A DNA stretch of 64,000 nt from SAR86 cluster bacterium AG-422-O05 (GTDB lineage: Bacteria > Pseudomonadota > Gammaproteobacteria > Magnimaribacterales > D2472). The notes under the pieces were generated by a model, which saw only the letters and a list, made by a program, of their open reading frames with translations, did no database searches and was not told where the DNA came from. Positions 27,824-36,374 of this stretch are shown in pieces; the first letter of the stretch is position 1; every line of letters starts with the position of its first letter. The DNA lies in assembly GCA_003213495.1 (NCBI GenBank), contig QCMW01000002.1:4303-68302 (forward strand), read 5' to 3'. Made by a program: the position numbers and the translations under genes.

Positions 27824-28890
27824 TAGAGCTTAAAGAAGATTCAATTATTTTTTCAATAAATAGCAATGATGTTTATGATTTACCTTTTCTGTGGTTTAGA
27901 GATAACTGTCAGTGTGATAAGTGCAGAATAACCGAATCCCAAGAGAAGCAATTTTTATTAAATACAGTACCATTAGGCATTAAACCTGTTAAAGCTTTAG
28001 AAGCTGAGGATTCCTTTTTAATAACATGGGAAGACAGTCATAAAACAATTATCCCTTTTGAGGTTATTAATAATTCTTTACAAAGTAGATATCCTAAGCA
28101 TCAATCATGGCCAAAAAACTTTATACCAAAAAAAATTGATTGGGATAGTTTTTTAAATGAAAAAAATATAGCTCTTAATGGATTAAAAGAATTTGTAAAG
28201 CATGGCGTAATAATCTTGAAGAATGCCCCAAAGGAATCTGAGACCCTTGAAAAATTATCTATAAGGCTTGGTCCAATTCATGAAACACTTTTTGAAAGAA
28301 TTCATAATGTCTCAGTAACTGGACATGTTTACAATGTGGCGCATACATCAAAAGGATTGCCGCCCCATAATGATTTTGCTAGTTATATATCACAGCCAAG
28401 TGTTCAAGCTCTTCATATGCTTGAGAATGAATGTGAGGGTGGAGAATCAGTAATAGTTGATGGCTGGGAATTGATAGAAGATTTAAGAGAAGATCACTCA
28501 GATTATTTTGAAACACTATGTAAATTTGAGGTACCTTTTAGAGAATTTGATCAGGAGAATGAAACTTATGCAGAAGCCCCTTTAATAAAATGTGCATCTG
28601 ATGGCTCTATTGAAAGCTTTAGATTTTCAAATCAGTTAATGCAAATGATAAGCCCCTCAAAAAAAGGCATAAAAGAATTTTATAAAGCATATCATGAACT
28701 TTCTACCAGAGTATTCGATTCCAAGTATCGTTCTTCATTTAGGTTGCATGGAGGAGAGGTGCTTATAGTGGCTAGTTTAAGAGTTTTACATGCGCGGGAA
28801 TCTTTTATACCTAATGGTAAAAGACACTTACAGGATGCATATTTTGTATACGACAATGCTGCTAATAATATAGTACTTCTATCAAATTAA
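27820..28890 (+). CDS. gamma-butyrobetaine/trimethyllysine hydroxylase-like Fe(II)/2-oxoglutarate dioxygenase
   Basis: The N-terminal Cys-rich DUF971-like segment is LWFRDNCQCDKC. The TauD-fold core has an HND facial-triad motif (PPHNDFASY) and a distal LHARE. Confidence 0.75.
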   Translation: MIELKEDSIIFSINSNDVYDLPFLWFRDNCQCDKCRITESQEKQFLLNTVPLGIKPVKALEAEDSFLITWEDSHKTIIPFEVINNSLQSRYPKHQSWPKNFIPKKIDWDSFLNEKNIALNGLKEFVKHGVIILKNAPKESETLEKLSIRLGPIHETLFERIHNVSVTGHVYNVAHTSKGLPPHNDFASYISQPSVQALHMLENECEGGESVIVDGWELIEDLREDHSDYFETLCKFEVPFREFDQENETYAEAPLIKCASDGSIESFRFSNQLMQMISPSKKGIKEFYKAYHELSTRVFDSKYRSSFRLHGGEVLIVASLRVLHARESFIPNGKRHLQDAYFVYDNAANNIVLLSN

Positions 28891-29142
28891 GTGAATTACT
28901 CTAAGACTGACATATCTAGAATTATTGAAATGGCATGGGAAGACAGAACTCCATTTGATGCAATTGAGAAACAATTTAATTTATCTCATGATGAGGTTGT
29001 GAAGTTGATGCGAAAACATTTGAAAACAAAGAGTTTTAATTTATGGAGAAAAAGAGTCAGAGGGAGAAAAACAAAGCATTCTGTGTTGAGAGATTTTAAA
29101 GTCGGAAGACACCATTCATATGACCAAAACAAACATAAATAA
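28891..29142 (+). CDS. DUF2805 (TIGR03643)-like small protein
   Basis: 83 aa. The GTG start directly follows the previous stop. The conserved-looking core is AWEDRTPFDAIEKQF...LWRKRVRGRKTKH. Confidence 0.7.
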   Translation: MNYSKTDISRIIEMAWEDRTPFDAIEKQFNLSHDEVVKLMRKHLKTKSFNLWRKRVRGRKTKHSVLRDFKVGRHHSYDQNKHK

Positions 29143-29422
29143 AGATCAAATTAAGTTTGAAAATTTATATAAATCTTTCTTCAGTGATATTAAAAATACT
29201 TCTTTTTTAATATCAAGCGATAGCGTTGTCATTCAATCTGATTCAAAAAGTAATTCTGATCCTGCTTCAGTTGAATTAAGTTTTAAAGACGATAACTATT
29301 TAATATATTTTTGGGATGGATATTCCCTGGCAGAAAAAACTACCGTACAGAGCTATGAGAATGCATTAGTAGTATTTAAAAAATTTGCAAAAAAACTAGC
29401 AAAGAACCTAAGAAGATATTAA
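29120..29422 (+). CDS. hypothetical protein
   Basis: 100-aa ORF overlapping the preceding gene by 23 nt and followed by a strong hairpin. I recognise no family. Confidence 0.45.
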   Translation: MTKTNINKDQIKFENLYKSFFSDIKNTSFLISSDSVVIQSDSKSNSDPASVELSFKDDNYLIYFWDGYSLAEKTTVQSYENALVVFKKFAKKLAKNLRRY

Positions 29423-29426
29423 AAAA

Positions 29427-29446
29427 ATGCGGCCAATAGGCCGCAT
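29427..29446. terminator. bidirectional hairpin between convergent genes
   Basis: ATGCGGCC-AATA-GGCCGCAT is a perfect 8-bp GC-rich stem, with an A-run upstream and T-rich sequence downstream. Confidence 0.8.
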
Positions 29447-29471
29447 ATGATTTTAAGAAGTGTGCAGGTTT

Positions 29472-31370
29472 TTAGTAACTATCATCACTATCATTGCTAC
29501 CTGCAACATAATGAGATTTTGGTTTGAATTTAGTATCACTGGACGCAGATTCCGCTCCGTGATAACCCTGATCACCAGGCATATAAAATGTTAGGCCAGG
29601 ATATTCAATGAAAGTATGAGTATGTTCAGAACCACCTTGTGAGGTGAGGTATACCTTATATGTGAATCCTGAAGCTCCTTTAAAAGGCCCTGTGGATACC
29701 GTACCCTTTACTTGCAATGCACCTGAATTATTTTCTACATCAATAAGATTTTGGTCGAATTGAGTAACTTTAACTATCTTACTATTAGAGTACATTCCAC
29801 TATGAAATTCACAATGTGGATAAATTGTGTCAGGCGTATTTGAGTTAACTGTAAGAGTTAGTGTATCTTTGTTCCAGCCCTCCATTGCACCAATATCATT
29901 ACTGCTATCCATATCGTTATTTTCAGTAGACATCAAAAAAGGATGACCAGAAGTAACTGATGAAGTAGCTTCAAATTTAATCGTATCTCCTTCTCTAACA
30001 TATATTATAAATTCAGTATCTTTCGCATTTACATTATCAACAATGTAATTACTACTTCCATTATTTGCTAATGTATAAGTTGTGGTATTCATATCTTCTT
30101 CATTGTCAGTTATGGGACCACCGTCCCATGATGTGTTTTCGTTGATCCAATTTATGGTGTTAAACACTAATTTATCTATTTCATCTGCGTTAGCAGTATC
30201 GTTCATTACAGACTGCATCAAAGCTTTAAGCTCTGACACACCAGCTTTTGCAAAATGCGAGTGGGAATTAGAGGAGTTTGCATTTATTTTTTGCATATAA
30301 GCTGATATGCCAGCAGAAAGATTTACTAACTGATCACTGGAAGGGGAGAAATCAGTATCTAAGTTTGTTAGCAAATCCTTTATGAAAGTTGTATCGCCTA
30401 AACTTGTTTCTGTGCCAGATCTTGTATAAATGGCATTAGCAACTTTATTAGCTGCACTGTCACCACTAAAAGTATGAATACCTTTAATAACTTCATGTAA
30501 AACCAATAGTTGCGTATTTACAACAGCTGCCTTATTACTTGAAGCTGAACCAAGACTATCAAAAGGATTATCAAATCTGATCATAAAGCTGGAATCCAGA
30601 CCAAGCTTTTGTTTAAAAGTTTCATAATCTGTACTTCCACTACTGTCATATTCGTTCATAAGTGTGCTTAAAGGTGAAACGACAAAGTTTTGGCTTGTAA
30701 CAGGTTGACCCAGCGCAAGACTGTTATCATCGTTAAATTGAAGATTTGTAACAGGGTCAAATCCACCTTCACCACGAAGAACACCAGTAGTGCCTGAGTC
30801 AACTGTTATTGAGAAGGAACCATCTTGTGCGGTAGTAGCCGTATACTGTGCCCCTGTGCAAGTTCCGGCAGTTACTTCGATACATACTGTGGCACCTTGA
30901 ATGGGACCAGCTCCTATATAAGTACCGTCATATCCTTCAGTAGTTACATCATCAGAAGTGTCATTCGTGACGGTAACTGTAAAATCTTTGGAATCATTTA
31001 ATGATCCATCTGACACTGAAGCCATGAGATCATAAACGTTATTTCCGTCAGCGTCCGATGGTGATTCAAAATCTGGCGCTGTGTTAAAAGTTACCACTCC
31101 TGAAGTTGATACCGTAAATAATGATGCATCACTACCCCCAATTGTGAAAGTAAGAGCATCACCGTCAGCATCAGTAGCAGTAATTGTGAATGCAGATGTT
31201 TGATTTTCTACAACTGAGTAGCTTGTTGTTGAATTTGTTATTGTTGGTGCATTGTTAGCTGGTGGAGCGGGTGGTTGATAATCGCTACCACCGCCACCGC
31301 CACCGCCACCGCCACATGAGACGACAACGAAAGATATAGCTAACAGAACTACCCTGTTAAAAGTATTCAT
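29472..31370 (-). CDS. lipoprotein: Gly9 tether + cadherin-like repeat + helical middle region + cupredoxin (type-1 Cu) domain
   Basis: Lipobox ...VVVSC is followed by GGGGGGGGG. The cadherin-like module is TATDADGDALTFTIGG...APDFESPSDADGNNVYDL. The cupredoxin ligands are H(29943-45)...C(29811-13)-x2-H-x2-M(29793-95) in ...SGHPF...YPHCEFHSGM.... An AGGAG SD sequence is present. Confidence 0.85.
   Translation of the reverse strand: MNTFNRVVLLAISFVVVSCGGGGGGGGGSDYQPPAPPANNAPTITNSTTSYSVVENQTSAFTITATDADGDALTFTIGGSDASLFTVSTSGVVTFNTAPDFESPSDADGNNVYDLMASVSDGSLNDSKDFTVTVTNDTSDDVTTEGYDGTYIGAGPIQGATVCIEVTAGTCTGAQYTATTAQDGSFSITVDSGTTGVLRGEGGFDPVTNLQFNDDNSLALGQPVTSQNFVVSPLSTLMNEYDSSGSTDYETFKQKLGLDSSFMIRFDNPFDSLGSASSNKAAVVNTQLLVLHEVIKGIHTFSGDSAANKVANAIYTRSGTETSLGDTTFIKDLLTNLDTDFSPSSDQLVNLSAGISAYMQKINANSSNSHSHFAKAGVSELKALMQSVMNDTANADEIDKLVFNTINWINENTSWDGGPITDNEEDMNTTTYTLANNGSSNYIVDNVNAKDTEFIIYVREGDTIKFEATSSVTSGHPFLMSTENNDMDSSNDIGAMEGWNKDTLTLTVNSNTPDTIYPHCEFHSGMYSNSKIVKVTQFDQNLIDVENNSGALQVKGTVSTGPFKGASGFTYKVYLTSQGGSEHTHTFIEYPGLTFYMPGDQGYHGAESASSDTKFKPKSHYVAGSNDSDDSY
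31287..31313 (-). repeat. in-frame (GGT GGC)n microsatellite encoding Gly9
   Basis: The plus strand reads ACCACCGCCACCGCCACCGCCACCGCC, which is 4.5 copies of a 6-nt unit immediately after the lipobox Cys codon. Confidence 0.9.
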
Positions 31371-31499
31371 TTTTTCTCCTTTTAGTTCGTTTGCCGGGCG
31401 TCTGTAGTGTGTAAGAGTAAATCGTGCCCAATTTAGTCAAGACTACAGCAAGGCGACTTGATGTAGCGTGTATAATATATTTATTGATAATTTTGTCAA
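31371..31499 (-). promoter_or_regulatory. candidate promoter (TTGACA-N16-TATTAT) plus a ~95-nt relatively GC-rich structured 5' leader of the cupredoxin lipoprotein gene
   Basis: -35 at 31499-31494 and -10 at 31477-31472 (minus strand). The leader contains CUACA/CUGUAG/ACUACAG segments able to form mutually exclusive helices, plus GGGC/GCCC pairing. Confidence 0.4.
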
Positions 31500-31612
31500 A
31501 ATATTTTTAAAGCCTATATTTAAAGTATTTTAAGGCTATATATTTTGTAGCTTTACTACAAATTATAAATTTTTTGGTTTAAATTTTGAAGCAACTTATA
31601 ATTTTGTTATTC

Positions 31613-33457
31613 ATGAATTATATGATTAAAAGTTCCGACATATTTTCTAATATTTTTATAATATTTTTCTTATATTCCTGTGGCGGAGGTGGATCTTCAG
31701 ATATTGAGGATTTGCAGAATAATTTAGTTTCAATCAATTTAACTGGATTGAAGTCACCAAGTTATAGCTATGAAAATCAAACTATAAATATTTCTTCGAA
31801 TATTTCTGAATGCAGCTTTAGGGTTGCTCTTAAAGATGAAGTCTTTCATAAATTACATCATGTTAATACTGAGGATAATAAAAAATTTATTTTTAGAAAC
31901 CCAATATCACTAATATCGACTGAGAATTTTCAAGTAAATATTTCTACTATTTCAAATGACAGCTGTCCTGAAGCAGAAAGAACTTTTAATTTGCAAGTTG
32001 ATAAGTATCCAACACAATACAATCTTATTCCGTCTAATATAAATGATACAAAAACTGATTTCTATGAAGTTGAAAATGTTGGATTCGGTGGAATTATTAT
32101 TACTGAAACATTCAGTGCAACAATATGTTATCCAACTCCAAATGATTGTATAACCCATGAAAATTCATTATTTGGACAAGATGCACATAATATGGTGCAG
32201 GGTGACTTTAATGGTGACGGTCATGAAGACTTCGCAGTAGCATGGGCATTTTTTCCTCATACAATTGAGCCATCACAAAAAGTAAATGCACCATTAAATA
32301 TATTCTTAAATGATGGTAATGGAAGGTTTGCAGAGGATTTAAATATTTATGAAATTGGAGAGGCACCAACCCATCCATTTGCATACAGAACTATTGCAGC
32401 TGATTTTAATAATGATGGCATAGATGATATTTTTTCAGGATCAATGGGAATTCAATATAGATCTGAGAATTATAGTGAAAACTTTATAAATCCATATCCG
32501 CACTTACTATTGCTATCTAATGCTAATGGGAAGTTTGAAGATAAATCTAATCAAATTGAAGATCAAAATAATGGTAATGGCCAGTTATGTAACTTTGCTC
32601 ATGACTCAAGTGCTGGCGATCCTGACGCAGATGGGGATATAGATGTTTTTGCATGTAATATTTTAAATATTAATGATGGACAGGGTAATTTTACGACTCA
32701 TGAATATATCAATTTAGACTGGCAAAGAGAGAATCAATATGGAAATCCAATGTCTTCTATCATGACAGATTTAAATAATGATTCTTATGATGATATTATT
32801 TTTTGGAACTTTGATAACAGAAGTAGTTGGTCAAGTTCAGATGAGGGATATATTTTGCTAAGCAATGGTTCATCAAAAATAGAAAATTGGACGAAAATTC
32901 CATTACCAGCTGGACCATTTGGCTTTGATAAAAATAAATATAACCATGCTGCTGCTGGAGATATTAATAATGATGGATTTATGGATGTGGTTGTTGCAAT
33001 AACAAGAGATTTACCATATTACGAGGGGGCATATATTCAAATTCTATTTAACAATGGTTTAGGAGAGTTAATTGATATGACTGAATCCAGCTTTTCAGAC
33101 CAGCCCAGATCTGCTACTCATCATGGAGAAGGAAATATATACTTAAGAGATATGAATCTTGATGGAAGTCTTGATATTGTTCATTCAACTAGAGACTATA
33201 ATAGTGGATATCATGGTTCACATATTGCTATTAATGATGGGATGGGCAACTTTACTTCTATTGAAAATTCAAAATTACCGGATAAACCAGATCCTGGACA
33301 CAACAATTATGATTTTTTAATGAAGGCTTTGCCAATTAATGCTGATAAAGAAGCATGCTTAGACTTTATTTCAGTCACAGATGCAGGATGGGAGGATAAT
33401 CAAAATGAAACTAGTAATTATTTCTTTACTGTTTTAAATATAAATTGCGACTTTTAA
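31613..33457 (+). CDS. lipoprotein with FG-GAP/VCBS (integrin-alpha-like) beta-propeller repeats
   Basis: The start is trimmed from TTG 31586 to ATG 31613 (or 31622). Lipobox FLYSC is followed by GGGGSS. There are six DxNxDGxxD-type repeats (DFNGDGHEDF, DFNNDGIDDI, DPDADGDIDV, DLNNDSYDDI, DINNDGFMDV, DMNLDGSLDI). Confidence 0.85.
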   Translation: MNYMIKSSDIFSNIFIIFFLYSCGGGGSSDIEDLQNNLVSINLTGLKSPSYSYENQTINISSNISECSFRVALKDEVFHKLHHVNTEDNKKFIFRNPISLISTENFQVNISTISNDSCPEAERTFNLQVDKYPTQYNLIPSNINDTKTDFYEVENVGFGGIIITETFSATICYPTPNDCITHENSLFGQDAHNMVQGDFNGDGHEDFAVAWAFFPHTIEPSQKVNAPLNIFLNDGNGRFAEDLNIYEIGEAPTHPFAYRTIAADFNNDGIDDIFSGSMGIQYRSENYSENFINPYPHLLLLSNANGKFEDKSNQIEDQNNGNGQLCNFAHDSSAGDPDADGDIDVFACNILNINDGQGNFTTHEYINLDWQRENQYGNPMSSIMTDLNNDSYDDIIFWNFDNRSSWSSSDEGYILLSNGSSKIENWTKIPLPAGPFGFDKNKYNHAAAGDINNDGFMDVVVAITRDLPYYEGAYIQILFNNGLGELIDMTESSFSDQPRSATHHGEGNIYLRDMNLDGSLDIVHSTRDYNSGYHGSHIAINDGMGNFTSIENSKLPDKPDPGHNNYDFLMKALPINADKEACLDFISVTDAGWEDNQNETSNYFFTVLNINCDF

Positions 33458-33467
33458 TTTTTTTATA

Positions 33468-34097
33468 ATGAACATAACATCATACAATTTAGATCTTCAC
33501 AAACACACACTTTCTAAATGGGCTGCCTCAAGAGCTGCATCTCAGAGTAAAGGTTTTAAGTTTTCAGTTAAGCTTGGTTCCAAGCTTTTATTATTTGGCA
33601 CCAGCGAAAGGCAAGCAAGCGATCAAGATTTTATAGACTATATCAAGCAAATAGAAACTTTTAATTCCCAGGATGATTACGACTTCTGGCATCATCAAAC
33701 CATTGAAAATATGACCTCAGACAATGATGAGCTTAAGAAGCTATTAAATTCACATAATAAATCTCACAACAACTATACTTATGGTATTGCTGCAAAACTT
33801 TTAAATTGCTATTTAAAGGTTTTTTTTCTTGAATCGTTTGGCAAGCAAAACTTTGCTGATTTTATTCATCCGCCCGTAGATGCAATTTTATTAAAAGCGT
33901 TGAGAAAAGATGATAAAAAATTGTTTAATTTTAAAAATTCAATCTTTACCAATATAGGTGTTCAAAAAATTCCTACCTGGACTAGGATCAATGAAAATGA
34001 ATACAAAACAATTATTAAGTTAATGAAAGAGTTCGTGTCTTCAAAAAATGAGAATGGATTATGGAAGATTGAATCTTTCTGGATTGGACACCAATAG
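33468..34097 (+). CDS. hypothetical protein
   Basis: 209-aa ORF, cytoplasmic-looking, containing ...YGIAAKLLNCYLKVFF... and ...IPTWTRINENEYKTII.... I recognise no family. Confidence 0.6.
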   Translation: MNITSYNLDLHKHTLSKWAASRAASQSKGFKFSVKLGSKLLLFGTSERQASDQDFIDYIKQIETFNSQDDYDFWHHQTIENMTSDNDELKKLLNSHNKSHNNYTYGIAAKLLNCYLKVFFLESFGKQNFADFIHPPVDAILLKALRKDDKKLFNFKNSIFTNIGVQKIPTWTRINENEYKTIIKLMKEFVSSKNENGLWKIESFWIGHQ

Positions 34098-34107
34098 TAC
34101 AATGTTC

Positions 34108-34192
34108 TGGTGCCCCATATCTGAGTCGAACAGATACTCCCTAAGGAACGCGATTTTGAGTCGCGCGCGTCTACCAATTCCGCCAATGGGGC
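34108..34192 (-). tRNA. tRNA-Leu (anticodon CAA)
   Basis: 85-nt cloverleaf. Acceptor stem is GCCCCAT/ATGGGGC. Anticodon stem is CGCGA/TCGCG with loop CTCAAAA. It has a long variable arm, T arm ATCTG-TTCGACT-CAGAT, and encoded CCA. Confidence 0.95.
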
Positions 34193-34240
34193 TAGCGAAG
34201 CATTGTAGCTAAGTATTATCTATTTTAAAATCTCCGTTTT

Positions 34241-35260
34241 ATGAAAACATCTGATTTTGACTATGATTTGCCGCACGAGTTAATTGCTGATTATCCCTTA
34301 GCCACAAGAAGTTCTAGCAGACTGCTTGTCTATTTGGACAAGATCGAACATAAATCTTTTTCTAACTTGGTAGATTATTTTGACGATGGTGATTTGTTGG
34401 TACTAAATAATACTTCAGTAATTCCTGCAAGGTTATATGGCAAAAAAGAATCAGGCGGCAATGTCGAGATCTTTTTAGAAAGATTAATGGAGGACAATCA
34501 AGCTCTGGTTCAGATTAAATCTGGTAATAGTCCAAAAGATGGAACAATAATTTATTTAGATGATTATGAGGTTGAATGCATTAGCAGAAATGATAATTTT
34601 TTTATCATTCAATTTAATGATTCGCCTTTAAAAATATTCAATCAAATTGGACATGTGCCATTACCGCCATATATCAAAAGACCAGATGAAGATTTTGATA
34701 GACAAAGGTATGCCACTATTTATGAGGATAAAAGGTTGCAAGATTCTGTAGCAGCACCAACAGCAGGTCTGCATTTTGATCAAAATCTGTTAGATAACAT
34801 TAAAGCAAAAAACATCAACATAGAAAATATTAATTTGAGTGTCGGAGCAGGGACTTTTCAGCCTGTTAAATCAGAAAATATAGAGGACCACGATATTCAT
34901 GAGGAGTATGTTGAAGTTAGTTCGCAGGTTGTTGATAAGGTTAATGAGACAAAGTTAAATGGTGGAAGAGTAATTGCTGTAGGCACCACAGCTGCTAGAG
35001 CACTTGAAAGTACTTTTATAGATACTAACAATAGAGAATTCAAAGGCTTCACTAAGTTGTTTATTTATCCAGGATATAAATTTAAAGCAATTGATATGCT
35101 TGTTACAAATTTTCATTTACCAAAGTCATCATTATTAATGTTGATCTCAGCGTTTATAGGATTTGATCAAATGAAAATGCTATATAAGATAGCTGTTGCA
35201 GAAAAATATCGGTTTCTATCATATGGCGATGCTATGCTCTTAAAAAAGAATGAAATTTAA
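34241..35260 (+). CDS. queA: S-adenosylmethionine:tRNA ribosyltransferase-isomerase
   Basis: 339 aa. It begins [16 protein letters not shown] and carries [15 protein letters not shown] and VGTT motifs. Confidence 0.95.
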   Translation: MKTSDFDYDLPHELIADYPLATRSSSRLLVYLDKIEHKSFSNLVDYFDDGDLLVLNNTSVIPARLYGKKESGGNVEIFLERLMEDNQALVQIKSGNSPKDGTIIYLDDYEVECISRNDNFFIIQFNDSPLKIFNQIGHVPLPPYIKRPDEDFDRQRYATIYEDKRLQDSVAAPTAGLHFDQNLLDNIKAKNINIENINLSVGAGTFQPVKSENIEDHDIHEEYVEVSSQVVDKVNETKLNGGRVIAVGTTAARALESTFIDTNNREFKGFTKLFIYPGYKFKAIDMLVTNFHLPKSSLLMLISAFIGFDQMKMLYKIAVAEKYRFLSYGDAMLLKKNEI

Positions 35261-36365
35261 AATTATCAATACTTCAGAAAATGCTCGAGAAGCAGAAATC
35301 CATACTGCAAGGGGAGTAATTCAAACTCCTGCTTTTATGCCTGTAGGTACAAACGCAACGGTAAAAGGACTCACTGTCGATGACTTGAAAGAAACACATT
35401 CACAAATAATCCTCGGTAATACTTTTCACTTAATGTTACGGCCTGGTGATAAGTTGATTAAAGAATTGGGTGGATTGCATAAGTTCATTAATTGGGACAA
35501 ACCTATTCTTACTGATTCAGGTGGATTTCAAGTATGGAGTCTTGGAGAGTTGAATAAAATTTCTGAGGAAGGTGTTAAATTTAGTTCTCCATATGATGGA
35601 AAAAAAATATTTATGACTCCTGAGGATTCGATAATGATTCAAGAGAATCTTGGTTCTGACATTGTGATGGCATTTGATGAATGTACAGATTATCCATCAA
35701 CATTTGATGATGCACAAAAATCTATGGAGCTTTCAATGAGATGGGCTAAAAGATGTAAAGAAGCTCATAAATCAAAATCTGCATTATTTGGAATCGTTCA
35801 AGGTGGGATGTATACCGATTTAAGAAAAGAGTCATTAGATAGATTGATAGATATAGACTTTGATGGCATTGCTCTTGGTGGCTTGAGTGTAGGTGAATCA
35901 AAACAAGAAAAGACTGAAATATTAGAATTTATGTCAGACAAATTACCCGATGATAAACCTAGATATCTTATGGGTGTTGGGACGCCCGAGGATATTGTTG
36001 AAGCAGTAAGGTATGGAATTGATATGTTCGATTGTGTTCTTCCGACCAGAAATGCCAGAAATGGACAATTATTTACATCAGAAGGCGTTATTAATATTAG
36101 AAATGCTGAATATAAAAATAGTGATGATCCTATTGATATAAATTGTGACTCAAAAGTTTCTCAAAACTATAGCAGGGCATACCTTAATCATCTCCAAAGA
36201 ACCAATGAAATGTTAGGCTCAATGTTAGCCACTTATCACAATATTTATTACTACCAATCTTTAATGAAAGAAATAAGATACTCAATTAAAAATAATTTAT
36301 TCGCGAAGTTTGTAAAAGACTTTTATAATAGACGAAATTTGGATATGCCCGAGGGGCCATTATAG
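35250..36365 (+). CDS. tgt: queuine tRNA-ribosyltransferase
   Basis: Motifs [15 protein letters not shown] and DCVLPTR are present. Confidence 0.97.
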   Translation: MKFKIINTSENAREAEIHTARGVIQTPAFMPVGTNATVKGLTVDDLKETHSQIILGNTFHLMLRPGDKLIKELGGLHKFINWDKPILTDSGGFQVWSLGELNKISEEGVKFSSPYDGKKIFMTPEDSIMIQENLGSDIVMAFDECTDYPSTFDDAQKSMELSMRWAKRCKEAHKSKSALFGIVQGGMYTDLRKESLDRLIDIDFDGIALGGLSVGESKQEKTEILEFMSDKLPDDKPRYLMGVGTPEDIVEAVRYGIDMFDCVLPTRNARNGQLFTSEGVINIRNAEYKNSDDPIDINCDSKVSQNYSRAYLNHLQRTNEMLGSMLATYHNIYYYQSLMKEIRYSIKNNLFAKFVKDFYNRRNLDMPEGPL

Positions 36366-36374
36366 GAATTCATT

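Noticed and set aside
29815-29823. Perfect DnaA box TGTGGATAA inside the cupredoxin lipoprotein gene
   Set aside because: It is an isolated single box within a coding sequence (it encodes ...IYPHC... on the other strand). About one chance occurrence is expected in a window of this size and composition.
31501-31545. Near-repeat AAGCCTATAT / AAGGCTATAT in the divergent lipoprotein promoter region
   Set aside because: It is short, imperfect and neither a clean direct nor inverted repeat, which is too weak to call an operator.
33962-34186. 74-aa minus-strand ORF
   Set aside because: It overlaps tRNA-Leu(CAA). Its N-terminal part (MAELVDARDSKS...) is the translation of the tRNA gene itself.
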